Positions 35,750 to 49,951 of a stretch of DNA of 53,258 nucleotides are shown one piece after another. The number at the start of each line of letters is the position of its first letter. Within the stretch, counting starts at the first letter, position 1. The notes under the pieces are model-generated. The model saw nothing but the letters and a program-made list of their open reading frames with translations, made no database searches and was not told the origin of the DNA. The stretch is taken from contig NC_068985.1 in the NCBI RefSeq assembly GCF_001194135.2, positions 24,765,416-24,818,673 of the forward strand, written 5' to 3'. Both the position numbers and the translations under genes were made by a program. Source of the DNA: Octopus bimaculoides (lineage: Eukaryota).

Positions 35750-36078
35750 AACCAGTATTAAGGTCCTCATAACTTTGCGGTTCGGCAAAAGAGACCGATA
35801 GAATAAGTACTAAGCTTAAAAAATAAGTCCTGGGGTCGACTTCACAAAAAAAAAAACCTTCAAAATAGTGCTCTAGTATGGCCATAGTCAAATGATTGAA
35901 ACAAGTAAAAGAATAAAAGAATACTATAACACAAGTACCGTGACCTGATATTACAACTTCCTTGACTTTCAAAGAATCTCAGTTCCAAACCAGATGAATG
36001 GCATTCAGCAATATTCAATGAAAATTACCCATTGTCTCAAAATCACACTGAGTGTATTCATATATGAATTAACAGATA

Positions 36079-36959
36079 CGTGGTCTGGTCAATAAGTATC
36101 TGGACTGTTGCCATAGTAACGAAGCTAAAGCACGCAGAGTGAAGCCGCTTGGCACAGATTGACCTTGAACTCTGTTGTGCATGCACACTAAGTTTCAATG
36201 TTCTGGCTCACTTCTGCTGTTAACAGCAGTGTTTGGAAGGAAGGTGTGTAGCATGTGATTGTCACATTGACCATGACAGTGAAAGTTGAGTAGAGAATCT
36301 GTATCAAATTTTGCCAAAAGCTTGGTAATGTCTGCTCAGAGGCCTACACAAAATTTTCATCATTCTCGACACAATCAAGGAGATTTTGTGCAACTGGAAC
36401 CCGAGTGTCTTTTTGGTCAGCGGAAGGCAGTTTTGGCACAAACTTGGCAGGCATGCATATCATACCCAAATCTTCAGTGATAATGGACTGAAATGAACTG
36501 TAACTAATCTGCACATCCTCTGATAACTCAGATGGCGATTCAATGATTTCCCCTCACAACTGCATGCACATCTGTGATGTTTTTCTCAGTTCTGCTGGTT
36601 GCAGGTCTCCCAGAACGTTCGTCAATATCAATATTTTTCAGTCATCTTGGAAACGTCTGAACCACTTGCACACTTGTGTGCAGCTCATACACTCCTCTCC
36701 ATACACTTTCTGCAACTTTGCATTGGCCTCTGAGCAGGTATCACCATGACATCTTTCTCTGTCATGGTCAAAGCAGTGATCACACACTACACACCTTCCT
36801 TTCAAGCACAGCTGTAAAAAGCAAGAGTGAGCTAGAATGTTAAAACTTAGTGCGCATGCATAGCAGAGTTCAAGGTCAATTTGTGCCAAGCAGCTTCACT
36901 CTGCATGCTTTAGCTTCATTACTATAGCACCAATCCAGATACTTACTGATCAGACCTCA
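36079..36959. mobile_element. Mariner derivative made of two opposed left ends, TA TSD
   Basis: TA-cgtggtctggtcaataagt / acttactgatcagacctca-TA; minus arm encodes GDTCSEANAKLQKVYGEECMSCTQVCKWFRRF...DERSGRP...AKFVPKL; plus arm encodes RICIKFCQKLG. Confidence 0.85.
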
Positions 36960-37119
36960 TATATTCTTTGATATAGTTAATAAACTAATTAATATATTTA
37001 ATGGAGAGTTTCATAAGAGAGCATTTATGTTTCCATTTGCACCAAATCTGAATGAGACCAAAGGAAGCAGAGATTTCGGTTTCTGGGAGGGAGAGGAGGG
37101 ATTAAGAAAGAAAGAAAAA

Positions 37120-37710
37120 TAATCCTTTCTATTACTATAGGCCACAAGGCCTGGAATTTGGTGGGATGGGTAAAGTCGATTACATCAACCCAATACTCAA
37201 CTGGTACTTAATTTAGCGACCCAAATGGCTGGAATTTGAACTCAGAACATAGCGACAGGCGAAACACCACTAAGCATTTCATCCAGCATGCTAACAATTC
37301 TGTCAGCTCATTGCCTTAATAATAATAATAATAATCCTTTCTACTAAAGGTGCAAGACCTGCAATTTGTGGGGAGGGGACTAGTCAATTACATTGACCCC
37401 AGTACTTGATGGTACTTAATTTATCAATCCCGAAAGGATGAAAGGCAAAGTTGACCTCGGTGGTATTTGAACTCAGAACATAGAGACAGAATGCTGCTAT
37501 GTGTGCATATATAAAATAACAATAAACTCTTTTTCTTTTTCTTTTTTTCTACTCTAGGCACAAGGTCTGAAATTTGCAGGGGGAAGGGGAGGGTCTAGTC
37601 AATTTACATTAACTCCAGTGTGAAACTGGTACTTTATATTATTGACTTCCAAAAGGATGGAAAGCAAAGTTGATCTTTGCAGAAGGTGAACTCAGAATAT
37701 AAAATGTTAG
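37120..37710 (-). mobile_element. Three consecutive SINE E copies
   Basis: Repeated cctttcta...caaggcctg...gaactcagaac blocks. Confidence 0.85.
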
Positions 37711-38141
37711 AAGAAATGCTGCAGAAACTGGGTTCCTTCAAATTACAAAGAACCAATATGACATTTACTTCACAACATCTGTTACATCAATAACACTATC
37801 ACTCTCCAATCATCTGCACAACACTGAGTTGTTCTCTATCAGTCTGCTCAATACTACAATAAATCTTTATAAACCAATGAAGGAAATTATGTGGTTATTT
37901 CACTTGCTACAAATAGCAGCCAAATCTCCCTAACTTGTCTTTAAAAAAGAATGAAAAAGCACATTGAATGATGCAGTCTGCAAAAACAAAGCGACTATAG
38001 CTGGAATGTCTTTGATCCTAAATCTGCTCAATCAAGACCAGGTGCTGATCAATAACAATAATCTCTACTCATCTCTGCTCTTATCTAAATTGCAATTCAT
38101 CTATATGCAATTTCTTTCTTTTCACTAATACAATGTATGTT

Positions 38142-38517
38142 GGCACTCCGTCGCTTACGACGTCGAGGGTTCCAGTTGATCTGACCAACGGAACAGCCTG
38201 CTGGTGAAATTAACGTGCGAGTGGCTGAGCACTCCACAGACACGTGTACCCTTAACGTAGTTCTCGGGGATATTCAGCGTGATACAGTGTGACAAGGCTG
38301 ACCCTTTGAATTACAGGTACAACAGAAACAGGAAGAAACAGTGAGAGAAAGTTGTGATGAAAGAGTACAGCAGGGTTCGCTACCATCCCCTGCCGGAGCC
38401 TCATGGAGCTTTAGGTGTTTTCGCTCAATAAACACTCACAATGCCCAGTCTGGGAATCGAAACCGCAATCCTATGACTGCGAGTCCGCTGCCCTAACCAC
38501 TGGGCCATTGCGCCTCC
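38142..38517 (-). mobile_element. SINE with family D tail and alternative middle, 12-bp TSD
   Basis: cactaatacaat at 38123-38134 and 38519-38530; CpG-rich. Confidence 0.9.
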
Positions 38518-39649
38518 ACACTAATACAATATCTCACAGGTCAACCACCATACTGCAAATCTTTTAGAATTCTCTTCACATTTTGATTTTCTTCCAACTA
38601 CATCAGCAAATCAAATTGAACAACTATAAAATTAAAATCATCTAATTACCCAAATCATTAAACCTAATAGTGCACCTCTAGCCTTTCTCAAAGTGTATTG
38701 TGTTTTTGTTAGCACCCTTCTTCCTTTCATATAGTTTTCTGAATATCTTAGCATAAATTAGTCTCTTATGATAAAATCAAATGGCATACATAGCCCTATA
38801 AATTCTATTATAAGAAAATTAAAAGGCTTACATTTCTCATAAATGATTTCAAATATACATTACATACATAACACTTATCCCCCAAAAACTAGAGGGGTTT
38901 TCAGTAACAGCACAGTTGTTCATCTAAGTTCTAGCCTAGCCTTCTTAATTACATACAACTAACAGTGGCCTTAAAAGGGAACCGGACTTTCCATTACTAT
39001 ATAAAGGCATATAACCTGATTACACCACTCTTTGAAATGTCAAAGCCTGTCATATTTTAACAGTTTTATCATAAACTAGAGTGACATTTAGAGGGGAGTA
39101 GATAAAGAATCTAATTACTCTGTAGTTAGTGCTAATAATCTAATTAATTGATTATTGGGAAATTAGTATTTCAGCTGTAGTGTTCTGTAATTACTTTTTG
39201 GTGGCCCTCTTATTTGTAATATATTTTAAACAATGAACCTATTCAATATTTCTCTCTTTCTCTTTTTTTTTTCCTTACAGTATAAACCAAAGTGAAACAT
39301 AGGTTTGCTATGTACAAGTTAAAAAAATATATCCTTTGGACACGCCTTCAAATGAAAGAGATTTTATTAAATAGAACATGAATCAACTGTTACATTATGT
39401 ACAGAATAAAAACAATCTCAATATGAAATACCCAGCCAATCATTAAGTAAATAATGTCTCCAAATTCCACCCTGATGTGTATCATCAAATCCACCAAGAC
39501 CTCTTTACTAAACATTTAACACAAGTTTTCTTTCCCAGAGCTACAGGAGTTTTCTAGAATTCTTTCTGTAACTACATTGACCTCACCAATCTGGGAGAAC
39601 CAGGAAAAGACTAATGAACACCGTCCTCTCCCCTGCAATTGGGTTTGTA

Positions 39650-39995
39650 TCTCTCTTTACTCGTTGACTTGTTTCAGTCATTTGACTGCAGCCATGCTGG
39701 AGCACCGCCTTTAGTCAAGAAAATCGACCCCAGGACTTATTCTTTGTAAGTCTAGTACTTATTCTATTGGTCTCTTTTTGCCGAACCGCTAAGTTACGGG
39801 GACGTAAACACACCAGCATCGGTTGTCAAGCGATGTTGGGGGGACAAACACAGNNNNNNNNNNAATCCACTCATAAGGCTTTGGTCGGCCCGAGGCTATA
39901 GTAGAAGACACTTGCCCAAGGTGCCATGCAGTGGGACTGAACCTGGAACCATGTGGTTGGTAAGTAAGCTACTTACCACACAGCCACTCCTGTGC
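39650..39995 (-). mobile_element. SINE family A
   Basis: Homology; internal microsatellite replaced by a 10-N gap. Confidence 0.9.
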
Positions 39996-40029
39996 CTATC
40001 TATTTTTTTTTTTTTTTTTCTGTCTTTTT

Positions 40030-40995
<966 letters not shown>

Positions 40996-41646
40996 ATACA
41001 AGCTGATAGACAAAATATTATAGTTGTCATAACCATTATTAATATTAAACACTATGATATCAGTAACAATAAATAAGTTAGTAAAATTACAGAATTTGAA
41101 ATAACTAGTAATGCTCTGTGTAGGTGTGAATGCATTGCAGCATGGTCTAGAAAGGGGTTCAGTTTTATTTCAGAGCAAAGTTTTGCATCCCAAAAAGGAA
41201 AAATGTCAAATAAACTAGAATTAGTGAAAGAGGGGATGAACGAAATATAAGGGAGGAGAAGGGAGAGATAACAAGTGTTAGTGGAAGGAGTAAATGGGAG
41301 TTAGGAGGAAAATAAAGGATGAAAAGAATGCCAACATTGAAAAAACACTGAATGGGAGGAGATAATAACAGGGAAATACGAAACTCACACATGCAAACAC
41401 ACACACACGCGCAAACACGTGCATGCACACACACAAACACACACACATCAAAGCAAACAATGTACCCATAGTGTAGTTAGATGATGCCTGAAAACACAAA
41501 ACTCAGACATAGAGGGTACATTTTGTAGTTGCTCAACAAAATGCAACTATTTTAATCTAAATCTCTATGGTTAGAAACCATTTGTGCTTAGCTGGAAAAG
41601 TTTGAACTATTAAACTTGATATATGCATTTTGGTGTAAAAATACTT

Positions 41647-41866
41647 TTAACCCTTTTGCTACCAACCCAACTGAATCCGTCTCTGGCTCTGTCTTGTTTT
41701 CAAAAGTTCTGAATTAAAATCTTCCACCAAACCTTACACACAATTTATACTCCTAACACTATCTTAATTATAACCAAGTTATTTTACTAGATTCTTTGTT
41801 ATATTTTAAATTAATTGAAAAGAAACACAGAGCATCTCAACAGAAATATGGTAATAAAAGGGTTAA
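41647..41866. mobile_element. piggyBac-like MITE P1
   Basis: TTAA-cccttttgctacc ... ggtaataaaaggg-TTAA. Confidence 0.8.
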
Positions 41867-42099
41867 ATACTCTTTTCTGGTGTAAACTCAAAATATATCA
41901 ATACTATAAACCTATTGTTTGGTCAACCACAATGAATTCAGCTTCACTGAAGCATGGAAAAATTAAGTCTGCCATGCTTTGTGAATATGAATTCAAAATA
42001 AGCTCAGTTTATTCAGAAACAAAACATCAGCTTAGAGAAAACCTTTCATTTTTTTTTTTTTCAAAGATAATTCGCTACCTTTTTTTTTTTTTTTTTTTA

Positions 42100-42432
42100 A
42101 GAAATGGTTTAATCAAACAAATCAACCCTAATGCTTATTTTTTAAGTCTGGCACTTGTTCTATTGGTTTCTGTCACTAAATTGCTAAGTTACAAGAACAC
42201 AAACAAGTCAACACTAGTTTTCAAGTGGAGGTGGAGGGACAAACACAGTACTCTCACACACATGCACACATATGGGACGGGCTTCCACACAGTTTCTGTC
42301 TACCAAATTCATTCAAAAGGTATTGGTTAGACCATGACCAAAGCTGAAAGAAGATACTTGCCCGAGGTGCCATCCAGCAGGACTGAATCTGAAACCATAA
42401 ATGAGCAAAGTGAGCTTCTTAACCACACAATC
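42100..42432 (-). mobile_element. SINE family A, diverged
   Basis: Homology. Confidence 0.75.
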
Positions 42433-42728
42433 ATCCTAGGCACAATTTCATTTCATATGGTAAGAAGCTGGAAAACAATTGTCTCCTGAATAAGGATACT
42501 AGTCTACCATATGTAACTTTCCCCAATACACAAGGAATCTATTCTCTATTACAAGCTGAACTGAGGAACATAAATTAAGTGTTCTGCAGAGAAACACAAC
42601 ACTTGTGTACACAAACCGACAACTCTTTAAGATATCATCAGTCCAATAAATTTACTCTTCACTGATTTTTACCTGTATGAAAAGGAACAAAGTAGAAATT
42701 GGTTAAACTTATGTTTATGAGTAATATA

Positions 42729-43112
42729 TTGGGTTGGTGCATAATTATTGCGGATTTTTTTCAATAAATTTTATTCAACAAAAGCAATAACAATATTTAA
42801 CAAAAACATCTTTAAATGACGGTCTGACCGTCTGCCAAGCAAATGGGAAGCAGTAATTGAAGTAGACGGTGAATATGCCTTCTGCACATGCGTGCTTATA
42901 GTTGGTACTATTGTGGTCATGTGATAGAAGTTTGAACCTGATCATGTCATTTTTCTTTCTAGCTTTACAGTGTAAGTATGGTCACTCCACTAGAAATGTG
43001 CACCAAAGAAGAACAAAGAAGTAGATGGTGAATAAGCTTGTTACATGTTGTTACTGTTTTTGTTGAATAGAATTTGTTGAAAACAAGCCGCAATAATTAT
43101 GTACCAACCCAA
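42729..43112 (+). mobile_element. Internally deleted mariner with Hsmar1-like TIRs and TA TSD
   Basis: TA-ttgggttggtgcataattattgcgg / ccgcaataattatgtaccaacccaa-TA; transposase C-terminus DRLPSKWEAVIEVDGEY. Confidence 0.85.
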
Positions 43113-43145
43113 TATAATTATTGCTAGATGTAAGATCGGAAGAAG

Positions 43146-43354
43146 NNNNNNNNNNNNNNNNNNNNNNNNNNNNNNNNNNNNNNNNNNNNNNNNNNNNNNN
43201 NNNNNNNNNNNNNNNNNNNNNNNNNNNNNNNNNNNNNNNNNNNNNNNNNNNNNNNNNNNNNNNNNNNNNNNNNNNNNNNNNNNNNNNNNNNNNNNNNNNN
43301 NNNNNNNNNNNNNNNNNNNNNNNNNNNNNNNNNNNNNNNNNNNNNNNNNNNNNN
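43146..43354. other. Assembly gap
   Basis: N run. Confidence 1.
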
Positions 43355-43395
<41 letters not shown>

Positions 43396-43398
43396 AAC

Positions 43399-44066
43399 AA
43401 GAGGGTACCCAAAAGTAACTGGAAACGTTTTCTGTGGGATAAAGCTGTTGTAGTTCAGGCTTCTGTTGCTAGAAGCCACCTGATGCAACCCTCAGACATC
43501 AGTCTGCTGACCAGTGGCATAATGCAGTGTCATACTGCCACAGGATGCATTTTTGTTCAGCAGTGCTCCTCACCTGCTAGTCAATTTTTGCGATGGGCGA
43601 AAACAAAGGAACAGCATGCTCTGGTGAAATTCTGTTTTCTGCTGGGGAAACAGCAGCCAAAACAGTTGTCATGCTTCAAACAGCTTGCAAGGACGCTGCC
43701 AAGAGCAAAACACAAGTTTACAAGTGGTTTCCATACTTTAGGAATGACCACTTGTTGCTTGAAGACCAACCCCGTTCAGGACAATTATTGCCCTCCTGAA
43801 CGAATGAAAATTCCATGGAAATTCATGAACTGATCTTGGAGGACCATCACCAAACTTATTGATATGATTGGTGTGTCCTGGAGTTCCTGCCAACGAATTT
43901 TAAGCGAGGAATTACAAATGAAAAGAGTTGCAGCACAAATTTGTGCCTCGCTTGCTCACAGAAGATCAAAAGCAGTCACAACTGAATGCATGTCATGAAC
44001 TGAAAGAACAGTTGAAAATTGACCCAGACTTTTTTTTTTTTTTTGAAGGTCATCACTAGTAATGAA
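43399..44066 (+). mobile_element. 3'-truncated mariner transposase pseudogene
   Basis: Frameshifted EQHALVKFCFLLG-TAAKTVVMLQTA..KTQVYKWF..EDQPRSG..GVSWSSCQRILSEELQMKRVAA-FVPRLLTEDQK..KVITSNE (HTH domains up to the first catalytic motif). Confidence 0.9.
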
Positions 44067-45059
44067 AGAGGAACAAGTTGGCAGAAGCTATAGTAGCAGA
44101 CACATAACTAAAAATTAAACCCAGAAGCACATGGTTGCAAAAGTGAACACAATCATGTTTGTTCTTGTCTTTTTTTTACGGAAAGCTAACAAAAATGCCC
44201 TACAAGAAGGTGTTGAAATGTTTTTGGCTTTAAGGGTATTGCAAAGAGCCTGGTTGGAGGCCCAGCCTTCTGAGTTCTTTTACACGGCTTAGGAAAACTG
44301 AAGGACAGCTGCAATAAGTGTGTGAATCTGAGAGGGGAATAGGTTGAATAAAATCATAATTAACTGAACCTCCTGTATTTTCATTTACCCAAACCAAGAA
44401 CTTTACATGCACCCACCCCCACTCATAATTGAGCACATTCATGATCAAATGTTTTCCAGTCAGGTCTATTCTGCTGCCTACACCACCAATATGTCCTTTC
44501 CTTTTGCAAAACAATATGAAATAATTTGAGAGATTTGACTCCCATTTCTAACAGGCTTAGAAACAACACACAGACTCCCTTTTCCTCTGATACAAAATCA
44601 GAAGTAGGGAAAAAGAATAAATTTGATAGCATCGCTTATCCATTTAGCATTCAGATTACAATGTCAAATATTATGTTCATATATTCATGGTTTGAATTAA
44701 TCATGCATTATCTTGTAGCTCTGATATTTCAATGATGTAATTGTTTATATTTAGAATGACATTGCAGAGTAGGTGAGGGGCCAGTTCTGTCTGGTTTAAA
44801 CACAAAATGTGTAGAATATTTTGGGCTGGATATGGTCAATTTATATATGTATTAGCCTAAAAGTTGCCCTGTCAGGCAGCTTTTAAGCTAGTATATAGCT
44901 TTTAAGCTACTGACCCCAAATGCAAAGATCTGCAAACAGACCCCTGACTTGTTTTGGAGAATTTGTTGCAAGTGCTTCCTCCAGAGTCATATCCCAATGA
45001 TGATCATATTCATCACAAAAAAAATTTTTTTTTAAATAAAAAAAAAAAAAAAAAAAAAA

Positions 45060-45350
45060 AATCGCCAAAAATAATCGCTGGATTTCGCAATTAATTTCAA
45101 TTATTCCCCAAAGTTATAAAAATTGTTATTTTACAAAAAAATTTGTCACAAAAAATCACATAAAAAAACTCGCCAGAAACAATCGCATTTCAGGATTGCG
45201 GGTCCGGATTCGGCCTGGAATGTTTTTAATTTATTCATGGAGTCAGCCTGATTCCAAAATGGCATAATATGTTGGGCTATGGCCTCAAGGAGTAAAGTTG
45301 AAAAAGTATGACACACCAACACACAGACATTCGCATTTATTATATTAGAA
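45060..45350 (+). mobile_element. CpG-rich unclassified element, possibly Helentron/HINE-like
   Basis: Internal repeat tcgcca(a/g)aaa(t/c)aatcgc at about 45062 and 45171; ends acacagacattcgcatttattatattag. Confidence 0.35.
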
Positions 45351-45963
45351 GAGTTAAACTGGTGAGAGATATTGTTCAGAGAGATGAGATGCAATCCTGT
45401 AATTAAACTAATTTATCTAATTGCAAAAGCAACAATCAAAATTTAATAGTATTTGTCAAAAGCATGCTTAAGTTTATAGGAACAAATTTATGCAACTAAA
45501 ACAAAACAAAAATATGAATATTGCTGGTGAATGTCATGAATAAAAGACAATAACACATTATTAGTGATACTTCGTATAAATTCAAAAGTAGCTTCTATTC
45601 TCTAGAAATGGAGTTATTCATTGCATTTGGCATAAAACAGAGAAGATAGTAACATCAGATATCAAACAAGTGACCTTGTTTTCATATTATGTGGGAAGGA
45701 AAAAGAGACTTGTTAGCGAGTCATTGAACATAAAAAAAGCAATGTTGATATGACTGTACTAAAATGGTTGATACAAAAATATTCTTAATGGACCCAAATT
45801 CTAACTATTACTTGGAGAATATAAACAAAAACCTAGCAGAATTCATTAGAGGATCACAAAGAAAAGGAGAGATAAGTTGAAATGGGAAAAATAATATCAC
45901 ATCAAAATAGAATATCAAATTAGAATGAAATAATTCCTTAGATTATAAATGAAAAATATCCGC

Positions 45964-46700
45964 AGGTTGGAAGGAACCTGTGGGAGAGGGAGACCCAGGA
46001 AGACATGGGATGAGGTGGTGAAGCATGACCTTCAAACGTCGGGCCTCACAGAGGCAATGACGAAAGACAGAGACCTCTGGAGATATGCTGTGACTGAGAA
46101 GACCCGGCAAATAAAGTGAGTTCACAGCTGTAATCTACACCAGTGTCATATAACCAGCCGACTCCAAAGCACCTTGAATCGTAGGGTGACATGCTGTGCT
46201 TGAGGAGACCTACTGAGTAGAGTACATCATCAACATCAAAATTAAATCAAATTACAATCAAATGGAAATTGTAGTTGTGGCTGATGCCAGCCCTGCCTGT
46301 CTGGCTCCCCATGCCAGTGGCATGCAAAAAGCACCATTCATACATGGTCGATGCCAGCCCCCTTGCCCTGACTGGCACCTGTGCCGGTGGCACGTAAAAA
46401 GTATCATCCGAAACTGAGCTGATGCCAGCACCGCCTTGACTGGCTCCCATGCCAGTGGCACGTAAAAGTACCATCCACACGTGGTCAATGCCAAACCCCT
46501 CTGTTCCCTGTCCCAGTGGCACGTAAAAAGCACCCACTACACTCTCGGAGTGGTTAGCGTTAGGAAGGGCATCCAGCTACAGAAACACTGCCAGATCAGA
46601 CTGGAGCCTGGTGCAACCTCCTGGCTTCCCAGACCCCTGTCAAACCATCCAACCCATGCCAGCATGGAAAACAGACGTTAAACGATGATGATGATGATGA
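45964..46700 (+). mobile_element. 5'-truncated RTE LINE with tandem array in the 3' UTR
   Basis: RLEGTCGRGRPRKTWDEVVKHDLQTSGLTEAMTKDRDLWRYAVTEKTRQIK* (45964-46119); (GAT)n tail. Confidence 0.9.
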
Positions 46701-47231
46701 ATAAGTTTTCTTTTTATTGAAAGCAAACAATGCTCTATTGAAAAATGTTGTTTACCTTAGGTATCTGTTACTATAACTTAGGACTGAGTGGAATATGGTA
46801 AACAGAAACTGTGCAGAAGCCTATCATACATTCAAAGGATGCAACAAGATCAAAGAAGCTCTGCCCCGACACTTAGGATAAAGAACTCAGGGATAAAACT
46901 GAGAGTGAAAGCCTTTCATATTTATTAGCCAGGGTCATTAAACATTGGACAGAATGTTTTGTGATATTTGTTCCAAATCTCTGCTCTCCAAGTCAGGCCC
47001 ATTTTAGCTTACATCTTTCAAGGGTGACAAATAAAATTTAATCGTTAGTGATGAATGTAGTGGAATGTTAAAGCCCAATCCAATTCCTGCCACCTACCAA
47101 CAAGAAAACAGGTTCTTTGGAACCAAGTGAAAACAATGTCACAAGTCCAAGTATTTCAGCAGATCACCCCTGATACCAGAAAACAAGTTGGCAGAAGAGA
47201 ACACAAAAGAGCCTTCATGTCTTCTGCACTC

Positions 47232-47235
<4 letters not shown>

Positions 47236-47319
<84 letters not shown>

Positions 47320-47345
47320 AGAGAGAGAAAGAGAGAAAGAGAGAA

Positions 47346-47390
<45 letters not shown>
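47236..47390. repeat. (GA)n / (GAGAAA)n microsatellite
   Basis: Direct reading. Confidence 0.95.
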
Positions 47391-47391
<1 letters not shown>

Positions 47392-48118
47392 GTGTGCATG
47401 CATGTTACCATAATATAAGTGCCAGACTGAAATAAATATTAGGGTAATTACAATCATTTAAGCCTTTATAGGTGGTGCACCAGTAAGTATGCAGTAGATT
47501 TATTTACATAAACTACAAGAGAAATGCATTCATAGTTCATAAACTATATTTTAATTAATCACTAAATATACAGTAAATTAACATAATTTCTATAGAAAGT
47601 TGATTTCCTTTCCTCCCCCTCCCCTTTCTTTTTTATCTATAGGCTTATCTTGTATCTTATAAGCTCAACTTGTTTTCACTCTAAATATCTGTAGAACATT
47701 AAGGAATGTTGAATGTAGGATTCTTAGTATAAGAAGTTGCCCATTAGTGACAGCAGATGCAATCTCAATCTTTACTGATAGTACAAATGAATCTAGTAGT
47801 GAGACTTGAACTAGATTAGCCATCATTTATTTAGAATAACGAAATAACAGGTCAAGCTAAACATTCCTCAAAACAACTGAGGAGATCAGAAGGAAAATAA
47901 AACACAATCTATTAAGTAACGTAAAATGTAAACAGCTTTCATAAGATCTAAGAGGATGCTGGAGAATGGAGAAGCCATTGCAAATAAAAGGTAATTTTTG
48001 CTCTGTGATGGTCAAGGAGAATGTAGAAGAGTGTAGAATTGGGTGTTCTACTGCAAGCATTTAGGATCAAAACACACGGAGTTCCACTAAAGGCACCTGA
48101 GGACTAAGTTGATGGTAT

Positions 48119-48346
48119 TTAACCCTTTAGAATTTAACCTAGCCATATACAGCCAAAATATCCTACTTGTTTTATGTTCAAGCTGGCCAGATCCTACCTA
48201 TCACACTCCTCCCAAAATGTCATTCTAAAAATATACAATCGTATAATTGAAATTTTAAAGCTACAAGATAATAGGTGATTAATTCAAAACAATGTGAATA
48301 AATATGTATTGCAGTTGACAGAGTAATGTGAATGCTAAAGGCTTAA
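48119..48346. mobile_element. piggyBac-like MITE P2
   Basis: TTAA-ccctttagaatt ... aatgctaaaggc-TTAA. Confidence 0.8.
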
Positions 48347-49219
48347 ACCAGTTCACAGACCAAGTCACCCAAGAATTCAGATGGCAAAGAGCCGGAACAA
48401 ATAACTCAAGGCATTTCATCTGATGCTCTAATATTTCCACTAATCCACTGCAGCTAAACGTATTTTATTAACCAGAAAAGGGTGAAAGGCGGAGTTGACC
48501 CCAACAGGGTTTCAATTCAGAATGCAGATAGCTGGAAACAGAACATTTTATAATACACTAGTAAAAGGGTTCTCACTTTTTCCACCAGCATACCCTTTCA
48601 TCATGTTTGGTAGGGCTGATGTACTCTGTGTGAAAAATTTTATTTACAATGGTTGAATATTATAGAATAAACAGGTATTTTTTGCTATTGATGTAATTTA
48701 ATTTGAAAAGTTCAAGTCGTGTAATAGTTAACTTAATATTTCATCCTCCAGAAGTCAATGAAATTTAGCACTAGTCAAATTCTGAGATCGATACAACCAG
48801 CTATTTACTCCACCAAAATTTCTGGCCTTGTGTCTGTGTAAGAAATTAATTTTCACATAATTTAATGTTACTAATGAAATGGATGAGCTTGGCTCTTTCT
48901 AATAAGTAATTCTGTTCCAAGCAAAGTTTCCCAAAGGCATATACACACATCATTCTCAACTGATGGCAGTCTTGCATATAATTTGTTTTTGCTTATAAAC
49001 ATTGCCAAAAACCCTGTGCACATTAAGTGTATGGAAACAGCAAAAGGCTCTCCACACATTTCCTAGACACAGTTTGCATTTAGCTGGTTGTGATTACTTA
49101 AAAAGTTCTAGCAGTTTTACAAACTTCATGCACTCAGCATTTGTCCTTGCATGTCTCTATGAGTTCATGTATCCAGGTTCAAGAACACTCAGCTATCGTG
49201 GCGGCTAATTTAATCTCTT

Positions 49220-49445
49220 GACCCTTTAACATTCACATTACTCAGACAAATGTAATGCTTATTAATTTACATTGTTTTGAATTAATTATGCATTATCTCA
49301 TAGTTTCAGGATATCAATGATGTGATTGTTTATATTAGAATGACATTGTATGGTAGGTGTAATAGGCCAGATCTTGTCAGGCTGAACATAAAACAAGTGG
49401 AATATTTGGGCCTGATATGGATAGTTTAAATGTGAAAGTTTTTAA
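49220..49445. mobile_element. MITE P2, reverse orientation
   Basis: Reverse complement of the 30242-30455 type; another partial copy at about 44640-44850. Confidence 0.7.
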
Positions 49446-49951
49446 CATTGTTTAACATTGTCAAGTTTATTTTCTCTTAGTACCTTTACACAATCACATA
49501 CATTTTCATAGTAATACAGAATACCAAAAGAATGAGGAGTCATGAGTACCTTAATAGTGTCAATCAAGCCACTAGAAATAACAGTCAAATCTCCTTCGAA
49601 TCACACCATGCTATTTGTAAAAGAAAAAGAAAATAAGGAAGGACACATTAGATAATGTAATTCAAGTGAACTACATTAGATAATGAACAACTTTGGATCA
49701 TAGATCTGCTCGATCATGACTAACCTAGAAAGATGATAAACAAGAATAACAACAACCAGAATATGATTTGACAGTAACCTCTGAACTATAAACTAACAGT
49801 CCTATACGTTTTCAGAAGAAACATTAAAGCAAGAACAGGATAATGCTCTAAAAATTCAAAATATACTGACTGAAAACATGTTATTTTGTAAGATGAGGGC
49901 ACGACACCTGCACCTTAACTGTAAAACTGTTCTGTGTGATTTTACTAACAG

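Noticed and set aside
39250-39305. Very strong plus-strand acceptor (ttttccttacag)
   Set aside because: All three frames stop within 25 nt; no support for a coding exon
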